From IMG/VR virus record IMGVR_UViG_2563366874_000001: a stretch of DNA of 23,016 nucleotides. One strand, written 5' to 3'. Position numbers and translations under genes: made by a program. Under the pieces are notes generated by a model. The model was not told where the DNA came from. It saw nothing but the letters and a program-made list of their open reading frames with translations, and searched no databases. How positions within the stretch are numbered: position 1 is the stretch's first letter; each line of letters opens with the position of its first letter. Positions 12,919 through 21,825 of this stretch are shown here, piece by piece. This DNA comes from a virus. Taxonomy: Duplodnaviria > Heunggongvirae > Uroviricota > Caudoviricetes.

Positions 12919-13616
12919 TGCAGGATATCCGGCAGGAAACACTGAATGAATGCACCCGTGCGGAGCAGTCGGCCAGCGTGGTGCTCTGGGAAATCGACCT
13001 GACAGAGGTCGGTGGAGAACGTTATTTTTTCTGTAATGAGCAGAACGAAAAAGGTGAGCCGGTCACCTGGCAGGGGCGACAGTATCAGCCGTATCCCATT
13101 CAGGGGAGCGGTTTTGAACTGAATGGCAAAGGCACCAGTACGCGCCCCACGCTGACGGTTTCTAACCTGTACGGTATGGTCACCGGGATGGCGGAAGATA
13201 TGCAGAGTCTGGTCGGCGGAACGGTGGTCCGGCGTAAGGTTTACGCCCGTTTTCTGGATGCGGTGAACTTCGTCAACGGAAACAGTTACGCCGATCCGGA
13301 GCAGGAGGTGATCAGCCGCTGGCGCATTGAGCAGTGCAGCGAACTGAGCGCGGTGAGTGCCTCCTTTGTACTGTCCACGCCGACGGAAACGGATGGCGCT
13401 GTTTTTCCGGGACGTATCATGCTGGCCAACACCTGCACCTGGACCTATCGCGGTGACGAGTGCGGTTATAGCGGTCCGGCTGTCGCGGATGAATATGACC
13501 AGCCGACGTCCGATATCACGAAGGATAAATGCAGCAAATGCCTGAGCGGTTGTAAGTTCCGCAATAACGTCGGCAACTTTGGCGGCTTCCTTTCCATTAA
13601 CAAACTTTCGCAGTAA
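12918..13616 (+). CDS. L: Tail tip protein L (232 aa), Cys-rich C-terminus
   Basis: 232-aa ORF with a TGATG overlap with M. A C-terminal cysteine cluster (CTWTYRGDECGYSG...CSKCLSGCKF) is consistent with the Fe-S-binding region of gpL. Confidence 0.9.
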   Translation: MQDIRQETLNECTRAEQSASVVLWEIDLTEVGGERYFFCNEQNEKGEPVTWQGRQYQPYPIQGSGFELNGKGTSTRPTLTVSNLYGMVTGMAEDMQSLVGGTVVRRKVYARFLDAVNFVNGNSYADPEQEVISRWRIEQCSELSAVSASFVLSTPTETDGAVFPGRIMLANTCTWTYRGDECGYSGPAVADEYDQPTSDITKDKCSKCLSGCKFRNNVGNFGGFLSINKLSQ

Positions 13617-13621
13617 ATCCC

Positions 13622-14365
13622 ATGACACAGACAGAATCAGCGATTCTGGCGCACGCCCGGCGATGTGCGCCAGCGGAGTCGTGCGGCTTCGTGGTAAGCA
13701 CGCCGGAGGGGGAAAGATATTTCCCCTGCGTGAATATCTCCGGTGAGCCGGAGGCGTATTTCCGTATGTCGCCGGAAGACTGGCTGCAGGCAGAAATGCA
13801 GGGTGAGATTGTGGCGCTGGTCCACAGCCACCCCGGTGGCCTGCCCTGGCTGAGTGAGGCCGACCGGCGGCTGCAGGTGCAGAGTGATTTGCCGTGGTGG
13901 CTGGTCTGCCGGGGGACGATTCATAAGTTCCGCTGTGTGCCGCATCTCACCGGGCGGCGCTTTGAGCACGGTGTGACGGACTGTTACACACTGTTCCGGG
14001 ATGCTTATCATCTGGCGGGGATTGAGATGCCGGACTTTCATCGTGAGGATGACTGGTGGCGTAACGGCCAGAATCTCTATCTGGATAATCTGGAGGCGAC
14101 GGGGCTGTATCAGGTGCCGTTGTCAGCGGCACAGCCGGGCGATGTGCTGCTGTGCTGTTTTGGTTCATCGGTGCCGAATCACGCCGCAATTTACTGCGGC
14201 GACGGCGAGCTGCTGCACCATATTCCTGAACAACTGAGCAAACGAGAGAGGTACACCGACAAATGGCAGCGACGCACACACTCCCTCTGGCGTCACCGGG
14301 CATGGCGCGCATCTGCCTTTACGGGGATTTACAACGATTTGGTCGCCGCATCGACCTTCGTGTGA
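13622..14365 (+). CDS. K: Tail tip protein K with JAMM/MPN and NlpC/P60-like features; long-form start (alternative internal start at 13766 gives 199 aa)
   Basis: 247-aa ORF beginning 6 nt after the L stop. JAMM signature HSHPGGLPWLSEAD (H-x-H-x7-S-x2-D). The internal ATG at 13766 with GGAGG upstream corresponds to the 199-aa form I recall being annotated for lambda. Confidence 0.8.
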   Translation: MTQTESAILAHARRCAPAESCGFVVSTPEGERYFPCVNISGEPEAYFRMSPEDWLQAEMQGEIVALVHSHPGGLPWLSEADRRLQVQSDLPWWLVCRGTIHKFRCVPHLTGRRFEHGVTDCYTLFRDAYHLAGIEMPDFHREDDWWRNGQNLYLDNLEATGLYQVPLSAAQPGDVLLCCFGSSVPNHAAIYCGDGELLHHIPEQLSKRERYTDKWQRRTHSLWRHRAWRASAFTGIYNDLVAASTFV

Positions 14366-14934
14366 AAACGGGGGCTGAAGCCATCCGGGCACTGGCCACA
14401 CAGCTCCCGGCGTTTCGTCAGAAACTGAGCGACGGCTGGTATCAGGTACGGATTGCCGGGCGGGACGTCAGCACGTCCGGGTTAACGGCGCAGTTACATG
14501 AGACTCTGCCTGATGGCGCTGTGATTCATATTGTTCCCAGAGTCGCCGGGGCCAAGTCAGGTGGCGTATTCCAGATTGTCCTGGGGGCTGCCGCCATTGC
14601 CGGATCATTCTTTACCGCCGGAGCCACCCTTGCAGCATGGGGGGCAGCCATTGGGGCCGGTGGTATGACCGGCATCCTGTTTTCTCTCGGTGCCAGTATG
14701 GTGCTCGGTGGTGTGGCGCAGATGCTGGCACCGAAAGCCAGAACTCCCCGTACACAGACAACGGATAACGGTAAGCAGAACACCTATTTCTCCTCACTGG
14801 ATAACATGGTTGCCCAGGGCAATGTTCTGCCTGTTCTGTACGGGGAAATGCGCGTGGGGTCACGCGTGGTTTCTCAGGAGATCAGCACGGCAGACGAAGG
14901 GGACGGTGGTCAGGTTGTGGTGATTGGTCGCTGA
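14263..14934 (+). CDS. I: Tail tip protein I (223 aa)
   Basis: 223-aa ORF overlapping the 3' end of K by about 100 nt in another frame. Hydrophobic Gly/Ala-rich central segment. Confidence 0.9.
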   Translation: MAATHTLPLASPGMARICLYGDLQRFGRRIDLRVKTGAEAIRALATQLPAFRQKLSDGWYQVRIAGRDVSTSGLTAQLHETLPDGAVIHIVPRVAGAKSGGVFQIVLGAAAIAGSFFTAGATLAAWGAAIGAGGMTGILFSLGASMVLGGVAQMLAPKARTPRTQTTDNGKQNTYFSSLDNMVAQGNVLPVLYGEMRVGSRVVSQEISTADEGDGGQVVVIGR

Positions 14935-14952
14935 TGCAAAATGTTTTATGTG

Positions 14953-14980
14953 AAACCGCCTGCGGGCGGTTTTGTCATTT
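14953..14980 (+). terminator. Hairpin in the I-J intergenic region (weak terminator or attenuator candidate)
   Basis: AAACCGCC-TGCG-GGCGGTTT followed by TGTCATTT. The downstream U-tract is interrupted, so termination efficiency is doubtful. Confidence 0.3.
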
Positions 14981-14994
14981 ATGGAGCGTGAGGA

Positions 14995-17900
14995 ATGGGT
15001 AAAGGAAGCAGTAAGGGGCATACCCCGCGCGAAGCGAAGGACAACCTGAAGTCCACGCAGTTGCTGAGTGTGATCGATGCCATCAGCGAAGGGCCGGTTG
15101 AAGGTCCGGTGGATGGATTAAAAAGCGTGCTGCTGAACAGTACGCCGGTGCTGGACAGTGAGGGGAATACCAATATATCCGGCGTCACGGTGGTGTTCCG
15201 GGCCGGTGAGCAGGAGCAGACACCGCCGGAGGGATTTGAATCCTCCGGCTCCGAGACGGTGCTGGGTACGGAAGTGAAGTACGACACGCCGATTACCCGG
15301 ACCATCACGTCGGCAAACATCGACCGTCTGCGCTTTACCTTCGGTGTGCAGGCACTGGTGGAAACCACCTCAAAGGGGGACCGGAATCCGTCGGAAGTCC
15401 GCCTGCTGGTTCAGATACAGCGTAATGGTGGCTGGGTGACGGAAAAAGACATCACCATTAAAGGCAAAACCACCTCGCAGTATCTAACCTCGGTGGTGGT
15501 GGGTGACCTGCCGCCGCGTCCGTTCAATATCCGGATGCGCAGGATGACGCCGGACAGCACCACAGACCAGCTGCAGAACAAAACGCTCTGGTCGTCATAC
15601 ACCGAAATCATCGATGTGAAACAGTGCTACCCGAACACGGCACTGGTCGGCGTACAGGTGGATTCGGAGCAGTTCGGCAGCCAGCAGGTGAGCCGTAATT
15701 ATCATCTGCGCGGGCGTATTCTGCAGGTGCCGTCGAACTATAACCCGCAGACTCGGCAATACAGCGGTATCTGGGACGGAACGTTTAAGCCAGCATACAG
15801 CAATAACATGGCCTGGTGTCTGTGGGATATGCTGACCCATCCACGCTACGGCATGGGGAAACGTCTTGGTGCGGCGGATGTGGACAAATGGGCGCTGTAT
15901 GTCATCGGCCAGTACTGCGACCAGTCAGTGCCGGACGGCTTTGGCGGCACGGAGCCGCGCATCACCTGTAATGCGTACCTGACCACACAGCGCAAGGCGT
16001 GGGATGTGCTCAGTGATTTCTGCTCGGCGATGCGCTGTATGCCGGTATGGAACGGGCAGACGCTGACGTTCGTGCAGGACCGACCGTCGGATAAGGTGTG
16101 GACCTATAACCGCAGTAATGTGGTGATGCCGGATGATGGCGCGCCGTTCCGCTACAGCTTCAGCGCCCTGAAGGACCGCCATAATGCCGTTGAGGTGAAC
16201 TGGATTGACCCGGACAACGGCTGGGAGACGGCGACAGAGCTTGTTGAAGATACGCAGGCCATTGCCCGTTACGGTCGTAATGTCACGAAGATGGATGCCT
16301 TTGGCTGTACCAGCCGGGGGCAGGCACACCGCGCCGGGCTGTGGCTGATTAAAACGGAACTGCTGGAGACGCAGACCGTGGATTTCAGCGTGGGTGCTGA
16401 AGGGCTTCGCCATGTACCGGGCGATGTCATTGAAATCTGCGATGATGACTATGCCGGTATCAGCACCGGTGGTCGCGTGCTGGCGGTGAACAGCCAGACC
16501 CGGACGCTGACGCTCGACCGTGAAATCACGCTGCCATCCTCCGGTACCACGCTGATAAGCCTGGTTGACGGAAGTGGTAATCCGGTCAGCGTGGAGGTTC
16601 AGTCCGTCACCGACGGACTTAAGGTGAAAGTGAACCGGGTTCCTGACGGCGTTGCAGAATACAGTGTGTGGGGGCTGAAGTTGCCGACGTTGCGTCAGCG
16701 CCTGTTCCGCTGTGTGAGTATCCGTGAGAACGATGACGGCACGTATGCCATCACTGCCGTGCAGCATGTACCGGAAAAAGAAGCCATCGTGGATAACGGG
16801 GCGCACTTTGACGGCGACCAGAGCGGCACGGTGAATGGTGTCACGCCGCCAGCGGTGCAGCACCTGACCGCCGAAGTCACCGCAGACAGCGGGGAATATC
16901 AGGTGCTGGCGCGCTGGGACACGCCGAAGGTGGTGAAGGGCGTGAGCTTCCTGCTCCGTCTGACCGTAACAGCGGATGACGGCAGTGAGCGGCTGGTCAG
17001 CACGGCCCGGACGACGGAAACCACATACCGCTTCACGCAACTGGCGCTGGGGAACTACAGACTGACAGTCCGGGCGGTAAATGCGTGGGGGCAGCAGGGC
17101 GATCCGGCGTCGGTATCGTTCCGGATTGCCGCACCGGCAGCACCGTCGAGGATTGAGCTGACGCCGGGCTATTTTCAGATAACCGCCACGCCGCATCTTG
17201 CCGTTTATGACCCGACGGTACAGTTTGAGTTCTGGTTCTCGGAAAAGCGGATTACCGATATCAGGCAGGTTGAAACCACAGCCCGCTATCTTGGTACGGC
17301 GCTGTACTGGATAGCCGCCAGTATCAATATCAAACCGGGCCATGATTATTACTTTTATATCCGCAGTGTGAACACCGTTGGCAAATCGGCATTCGTGGAG
17401 GCTGTCGGTCAGGCGAGCGATGATGCGGAAGGTTACCTAGATTTTTTCAAAGGCCAGATAACCGAATCCCATCTCGGCAAGGAGCTGCTGGAAAAAGTCG
17501 AGCTGACGGAGGATAACGCCAGCAGACTGGAGGAGTTTTCGAAAGAGTGGCAGGACGCTAACGATAAGTGGAATGCCATGTGGGGCGTCAAAATTGAGCA
17601 GACCAAAGACGGCAAACATTATGTCGCGGGTATTGGCCTCAGCATGGAGGACACGGAAGAAGGCAAGCTGAGCCAGTTTCTGGTTGCCGCTAACCGTATC
17701 GCGTTTATTGACCCGGCAAACGGGAATGAAACGCCGATGTTTGTGGCGCAGGGCAATCAGATATTTATGAACGACGTGTTCCTGAAGCGCCTGACGGCCC
17801 CGACCATTACCAGTGGTGGAAATCCACCGGCATTTTCCCTGACATCAGACGGAAAGCTGACCGCTAAAAATGCGGATATCAGTGGCAGAGTGAATGCGAA

Positions 17901-18408
17901 CGCCGGGACGCTCAACAATGTCACGGTAAATGAAAACTGTACGATTAAGGGCATGCTGGAGGCGACTCAGGTCAGAGGTGACTTCGTTAAAGCTGTATCC
18001 AAATCATTCCCGAAACAGGCTGGTACGTGGGGTAACACGGAAACACCAAACGGGACGGTTACAGTCACCATCAGCGATGATCATAACTTTGACCGTCAAA
18101 TCATTATTCCGCCCATTATCTTTAACGGAATAGCGTATAGCGATCCGGGAAGTGGTAATAACCCGGGAGGTACAAGATACACGGGTTATGGTTTTGAAGT
18201 TCGCAAAAACGGTGTATTAATCGCATCCAGAGAAACTAAAGGGGCCATTCCCGGTAGCTACAGTGCGGTTATTGATATGCCGAGTGGCAGGGGAAGCGTC
18301 ACTCTGGAGTTTAAGGTTTTCCATAAAGGCAATCAGTGGGCAGGTAATATCACCGACTGTACGGTGATTGTGACCAAAAAAGCCGCTTCCGGCATCAGTA
18401 TTCGTTGA
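14995..18408 (+). CDS. J: Central tail fiber / host specificity protein J (1137 aa)
   Basis: 1137-aa ORF starting [20 protein letters not shown]. Lambda gpJ is 1132 aa by my recollection. The last roughly 150 codons are visibly lower in GC than the rest of the gene. Confidence 0.95.
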   Translation: MGKGSSKGHTPREAKDNLKSTQLLSVIDAISEGPVEGPVDGLKSVLLNSTPVLDSEGNTNISGVTVVFRAGEQEQTPPEGFESSGSETVLGTEVKYDTPITRTITSANIDRLRFTFGVQALVETTSKGDRNPSEVRLLVQIQRNGGWVTEKDITIKGKTTSQYLTSVVVGDLPPRPFNIRMRRMTPDSTTDQLQNKTLWSSYTEIIDVKQCYPNTALVGVQVDSEQFGSQQVSRNYHLRGRILQVPSNYNPQTRQYSGIWDGTFKPAYSNNMAWCLWDMLTHPRYGMGKRLGAADVDKWALYVIGQYCDQSVPDGFGGTEPRITCNAYLTTQRKAWDVLSDFCSAMRCMPVWNGQTLTFVQDRPSDKVWTYNRSNVVMPDDGAPFRYSFSALKDRHNAVEVNWIDPDNGWETATELVEDTQAIARYGRNVTKMDAFGCTSRGQAHRAGLWLIKTELLETQTVDFSVGAEGLRHVPGDVIEICDDDYAGISTGGRVLAVNSQTRTLTLDREITLPSSGTTLISLVDGSGNPVSVEVQSVTDGLKVKVNRVPDGVAEYSVWGLKLPTLRQRLFRCVSIRENDDGTYAITAVQHVPEKEAIVDNGAHFDGDQSGTVNGVTPPAVQHLTAEVTADSGEYQVLARWDTPKVVKGVSFLLRLTVTADDGSERLVSTARTTETTYRFTQLALGNYRLTVRAVNAWGQQGDPASVSFRIAAPAAPSRIELTPGYFQITATPHLAVYDPTVQFEFWFSEKRITDIRQVETTARYLGTALYWIAASINIKPGHDYYFYIRSVNTVGKSAFVEAVGQASDDAEGYLDFFKGQITESHLGKELLEKVELTEDNASRLEEFSKEWQDANDKWNAMWGVKIEQTKDGKHYVAGIGLSMEDTEEGKLSQFLVAANRIAFIDPANGNETPMFVAQGNQIFMNDVFLKRLTAPTITSGGNPPAFSLTSDGKLTAKNADISGRVNANAGTLNNVTVNENCTIKGMLEATQVRGDFVKAVSKSFPKQAGTWGNTETPNGTVTVTISDDHNFDRQIIIPPIIFNGIAYSDPGSGNNPGGTRYTGYGFEVRKNGVLIASRETKGAIPGSYSAVIDMPSGRGSVTLEFKVFHKGNQWAGNITDCTVIVTKKAASGISIR

Positions 18409-18429
18409 AATTGTTATAACCCATATAAG

Positions 18430-18456
18430 GGCACCAGAAATGGTGCCTTTTTTATT
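18430..18456 (+). terminator. Rho-independent terminator downstream of J
   Basis: GGCACCA-GAAA-TGGTGCC is a perfect 7-bp stem with a GAAA loop, followed by TTTTTTATT. Confidence 0.7.
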
Positions 18457-18477
18457 GCAGAAAAGCGAGAGGTAATT

Positions 18478-19077
18478 ATGCGTAAACTTTATGCCGCCAT
18501 TTTGTCCGCAGCCATTTGTCTGGCCGTATCCGGTGCGCCTGCATGGGCATCTGAACATCAGTCCACGCTGAGCGCGGGGTATCTTCATGCCCGGACCAAC
18601 GTTCCCGGCAGTGATGATCTGAACGGGATTAACGTGAAATACCGTTATGAGTTTACGGATACGCTGGGGCTGGTGACGTCATTCAGCTATGCAGGAGACA
18701 AGAATCGCCAGCTGACCCGTTACAGCGATACCCGCTGGCATGAAGATTCCGTGCGTAACCGCTGGTTCAGCGTGATGGCGGGGCCGTCTGTGCGCGTGAA
18801 TGAATGGTTCAGCGCGTATGCGATGGCGGGTATGGCTTACAGCCGTGTTTCGACTTTTTCCGGGGATTACCTTCGCGTAACTGACAACAAGGGGAAAACG
18901 CACGATGTGCTGACCGGAAGTGATGACGGTCGCCACAGCAACACGTCTCTGGCGTGGGGGGCTGGCGTGCAGTTTAACCCGACCGAATCCGTGGCCATTG
19001 ATATTGCTTATGAAGGTTCTGGCAGTGGTGACTGGCGCACTGACGGTTTCATCGTGGGTGTCGGTTATAAATTCTGA
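18478..19077 (+). CDS. lom: Outer membrane beta-barrel protein Lom (Ail/OmpX family), 199 aa, with signal peptide
   Basis: N-terminal signal peptide MRKLYAAILSAAICLAVSGAPAWA, alternating beta-strand pattern, and a C-terminal aromatic end (GVGYKF). Located between J and stf as in lambda. Confidence 0.9.
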   Translation: MRKLYAAILSAAICLAVSGAPAWASEHQSTLSAGYLHARTNVPGSDDLNGINVKYRYEFTDTLGLVTSFSYAGDKNRQLTRYSDTRWHEDSVRNRWFSVMAGPSVRVNEWFSAYAMAGMAYSRVSTFSGDYLRVTDNKGKTHDVLTGSDDGRHSNTSLAWGAGVQFNPTESVAIDIAYEGSGSGDWRTDGFIVGVGYKF

Positions 19078-19104
19078 TTAGCCAGGTAACACAGTGTTAT
19101 GACA

Positions 19105-19133
19105 GCCCGCCGGTTCAGGTGGGCTTTTTTGTG
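19105..19133 (+). terminator. Rho-independent terminator downstream of lom
   Basis: GCCCGCC-GGTTCA-GGTGGGC is a 7-bp stem with one G:U pair, followed by TTTTTTGTG. Confidence 0.6.
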
Positions 19134-19141
19134 GGGGGAAT

Positions 19142-21538
19142 ATGGCAGTAAAGATTTCAGGTGTACTGAAAGACGGCACAGGAAAACCGGTACAGAACTG
19201 CTCAATCCAGCTGAAAGCAAAACGTAACAGCACCACGGTGGTAGTGAACACGCTGGCCTCAGAAAATCCGGATGAAGCCGGGCGTTACAGTATGGATGTT
19301 GAGTATGGCCAGTACAGCGTTATCCTGCTGGTTGAAGATTTTCCGCCTTCACATGCCGGGACCATCACCGTGTATGAAGATTCTAAGCCGGGGACGCTGA
19401 ATGATTTTCTCGGTGCCATGACGGAAGATGATGTCATGCCGGAGGCATTGCGTCGTTTTGAGGAAATGGTGGAAGAAGCGGCACGCAACGCTGAAGCCGC
19501 CTCTCAGAGCGCAGCGGCGGCAAAGAAATCCGAAACTGCAGCGGCATCATCGAAGAACGCGGCGAAAACCTCAGAAACGAATGCAGCTAATAGTGCACAG
19601 GCGGCAGCGACCTCAAAGACTGCATCGGCAAACTCCGCGACAGCAGCCAAAAAATCAGAAACCAACGCGAAAAATAGCGAGACAGCCGCAAAGACGAGCG
19701 AAACCAACGCAAAGTCCAGCCAGACGGCAGCGAAAACCAGCGAAACGAATGCCAAAGCCAGTGAAACTGCGGCAAAAAACAGCCAGGTTGCAGCAGCCCA
19801 AAGCGAGAGCGCGGCAGCCGGTTCTGCGACTTCAGCAGCTGGATCAGCAACTGCTGCGGCTAACAGCCAGAAAGCTGCGAAGACGAGTGAAACTAACGCA
19901 AAGTCCAGCCAGACGGCAGCGAAGACCAGCGAAACGAATGCCAAAACCAGCGAAACTGCGGCGAAAAACAGTCAGGATGCAGCAGCCCAAAGCGAGAGTG
20001 CTGCAGCTGGTTCTGCAAGCGCGGCAGCTGCTTCTGCCACTGCATCAGCCAACAGTCAAAAAGCAGCAAAAACCAGTGAAACCAATGCAAAGACAAGCGA
20101 GACTGCAGCGGCGAACTCGGCGAAAGCATCGGCAGCAAGCCAGACAGCAGCTAAAGCAAGTGAAGACGCAGCCAGAGAGTATGCAAGTCAGGCAGCAGAG
20201 CCGTATAAATATGTCTTACAGCCACTGCCTGATGTGTGGATACCGTTTAACGATTCACTGGATATGATTACGGGCTTTTCGCCGTCATATAAAAAAATTG
20301 TTATTGGTGATGATGAAATAACGATGCCTGGCGACAAGGTTGTTAAGTTTAAACGCGCATCAACTGCCACATATATCAATAAATCAGGCGTATTTAGTGT
20401 TGCTAAAATTGATGAGCCACGATTTGAAAAAGAAGGTTTATTGATTGAAGGACAGCGCACTAACTATTTTGTTAAATCCAATACTCCCGCTGAATGGACG
20501 AGTACCAGCAATATCGATAAAACTAATAATGGTGTTGATGAATTTGGTTTTTCATATGCCAAAATGCGAACAAAAGATAATATGACAGGACAATCATCTG
20601 CACTTAGTCTGCATACATGCAGTGCATCCCGGGGGATTGATGTTAGTGGCGATAATAAGTATTGCACTGTTTCATGCAGGGTTAAAGCTCCTGATGGTCT
20701 TCGTTGTCGTTTGCGTTTTGAAAAATACGATGGGTCGGTTTATACATTTTTAGGAGATGCTTATTTAACTTTCGGAACTCTGATAATAGAAAAAACTGGC
20801 GGAGCAGCCAATAGAATAGCAGCTACTGCAACTAAAGATCCGGTTACAGGGTGGATTTTCTATGAGGCAACTATAGAAGCTGTTGAAGGTGAAACCTTAA
20901 TTGGCGCAATGATTCAGTATGCGCCGAAAAAAGGTGGTATAACTGAAGCGGGAGATTATATTTACCTTGCAACACCACAATTTGAAAACGGCGGATGTGC
21001 TTCATCTTTTGTTATTACGACAACTGCACCCGCAACCCGCTCCAGTGATATGGTGACGATCCCAACTGAAAATAATATCTATAATAGACCGCTTACGTGT
21101 CTTGTCGAGGTTAATAGAAATTGGGGCGATATTCCTCCTAATGTAGCACCGCGTATTTTTGATTTTTCTGGTGTGCCACCTATTGAGTCAATTACATACG
21201 CTTTTAACACAACTGAGAAATATTACGGTCAGCTTTATATGCAAACTTATAAAGCGTCGACAAGTACTTACGTTTCTAGTGTGTTTGCTGGTCGAGCTGA
21301 TGTTCGAAAATTCATTGGTGGTTTTAATATTTATTCTGATGGTACTAAACGAGTAGTTTCTAACGGTGAGGCTACTAAAACTATGAAAACGGAGTGGACG
21401 GGCGTAAAAACACGGACCTTTATTCGAATTGGAGGTCAAGCCACATCGGGAACTCGTCATCTATTCGGCCATTTGAGAAATCTTCGTCTCTGGCATAAAG
21501 AATTAACTGATGCGCAAATGGGGGAGAGTATTAAATGA
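19142..21538 (+). CDS. stf: Side tail fiber protein (798 aa), mosaic: lambda-Stf-like N-terminus, Ala/Ser/Thr-rich repeat shaft, low-GC C-terminal receptor-binding region
   Basis: The N-terminus MAVKISGVLKDGTGKPVQNC...TITVYED matches my recollection of the lambda Stf N-terminal domain. Residues about 120-350 are AAKTSETNAK-type repeats. From about nt 20200 the sequence is AT-rich and ends with a LamG/ConA-like signature (HLFGHLRNLRLWHKELTDAQMGE). Confidence 0.85.
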   Translation: MAVKISGVLKDGTGKPVQNCSIQLKAKRNSTTVVVNTLASENPDEAGRYSMDVEYGQYSVILLVEDFPPSHAGTITVYEDSKPGTLNDFLGAMTEDDVMPEALRRFEEMVEEAARNAEAASQSAAAAKKSETAAASSKNAAKTSETNAANSAQAAATSKTASANSATAAKKSETNAKNSETAAKTSETNAKSSQTAAKTSETNAKASETAAKNSQVAAAQSESAAAGSATSAAGSATAAANSQKAAKTSETNAKSSQTAAKTSETNAKTSETAAKNSQDAAAQSESAAAGSASAAAASATASANSQKAAKTSETNAKTSETAAANSAKASAASQTAAKASEDAAREYASQAAEPYKYVLQPLPDVWIPFNDSLDMITGFSPSYKKIVIGDDEITMPGDKVVKFKRASTATYINKSGVFSVAKIDEPRFEKEGLLIEGQRTNYFVKSNTPAEWTSTSNIDKTNNGVDEFGFSYAKMRTKDNMTGQSSALSLHTCSASRGIDVSGDNKYCTVSCRVKAPDGLRCRLRFEKYDGSVYTFLGDAYLTFGTLIIEKTGGAANRIAATATKDPVTGWIFYEATIEAVEGETLIGAMIQYAPKKGGITEAGDYIYLATPQFENGGCASSFVITTTAPATRSSDMVTIPTENNIYNRPLTCLVEVNRNWGDIPPNVAPRIFDFSGVPPIESITYAFNTTEKYYGQLYMQTYKASTSTYVSSVFAGRADVRKFIGGFNIYSDGTKRVVSNGEATKTMKTEWTGVKTRTFIRIGGQATSGTRHLFGHLRNLRLWHKELTDAQMGESIK
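19688..20062 (+). repeat. Two tandem copies of an approximately 186-189 bp (62-63 aa) in-frame coding repeat within stf, themselves built from roughly 21-bp (7-aa) sub-repeats
   Basis: Copy 1 at 19688-19873 encodes AKTSETNAKSSQTAAKTSETNAKASETAAKNSQVAAAQSESAAAGSATSAAGSATAAANSQK. Copy 2 at about 19877-20062 encodes the same with a few substitutions. The segment AAAGTCCAGCCAGACGGCAGCGAA recurs at 19710 and 19890. Confidence 0.85.
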
Positions 21539-21816
21539 AAGATTTAACACTCAAATTTGCAGACAGGGCCGACTTTTCGGCCTTTATGGAGAGCATTGGC
21601 TATTATGATGACGAGTCGATGCAGGATGATATTCTTATTGACGTGATAGGTAATGTGTACAAAGAAACCGGAGAACTTACTGAAGATGGCGAGCCGGTAT
21701 GTGTTAAGGAGGACGGATATTTTGTAAATGTGCGCATCATTAATGATTCGCAAATATCGTCATTATTCGATGAATACGTGGTTGCTGTTGAGCATCAACT
21801 CCGTAGCTGGATGTGA
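21535..21816 (+). CDS. Small acidic hypothetical protein (93 aa), translationally coupled to stf; possible tail fiber assembly or chaperone factor
   Basis: ATGA overlap with the stf stop codon. Low GC like the stf 3' region. No recognisable similarity to lambda Tfa, so the function is inferred from position only. Confidence 0.5.
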   Translation: MKDLTLKFADRADFSAFMESIGYYDDESMQDDILIDVIGNVYKETGELTEDGEPVCVKEDGYFVNVRIINDSQISSLFDEYVVAVEHQLRSWM

Positions 21817-21825
21817 GGAAGAAAA

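Noticed and set aside
15925-17343. 472-aa + strand ORF in an alternative frame inside J
   Set aside because: Embedded in the J coding region in another frame. Arg/Pro/His-rich, low-complexity composition typical of out-of-frame translation. J in its own frame is continuous and conserved.
18457-18477. Dedicated lom promoter in the J-lom spacer
   Set aside because: The spacer between the terminator and the lom ATG is only about 20 nt, too short to hold -35 and -10 elements. Any promoter must overlap the terminator or the 3' end of J, and I could not identify convincing hexamers by eye.
19500-20170. Possible CRISPR array suggested by the regular direct repeats
   Set aside because: The repeats are in-frame coding repeats of the tail fiber shaft, with no unique spacers between them and no cas genes or leader nearby.
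19428-20267. 279-aa extremely basic (Arg/Lys/Gln-rich) + strand ORF, and minus-strand ORFs at 19504-19944 and 19587-19850
   Set aside because: Alternative-frame readings of the A/C-rich stf repeat region. The repetitiveness simply mirrors the stf repeats.
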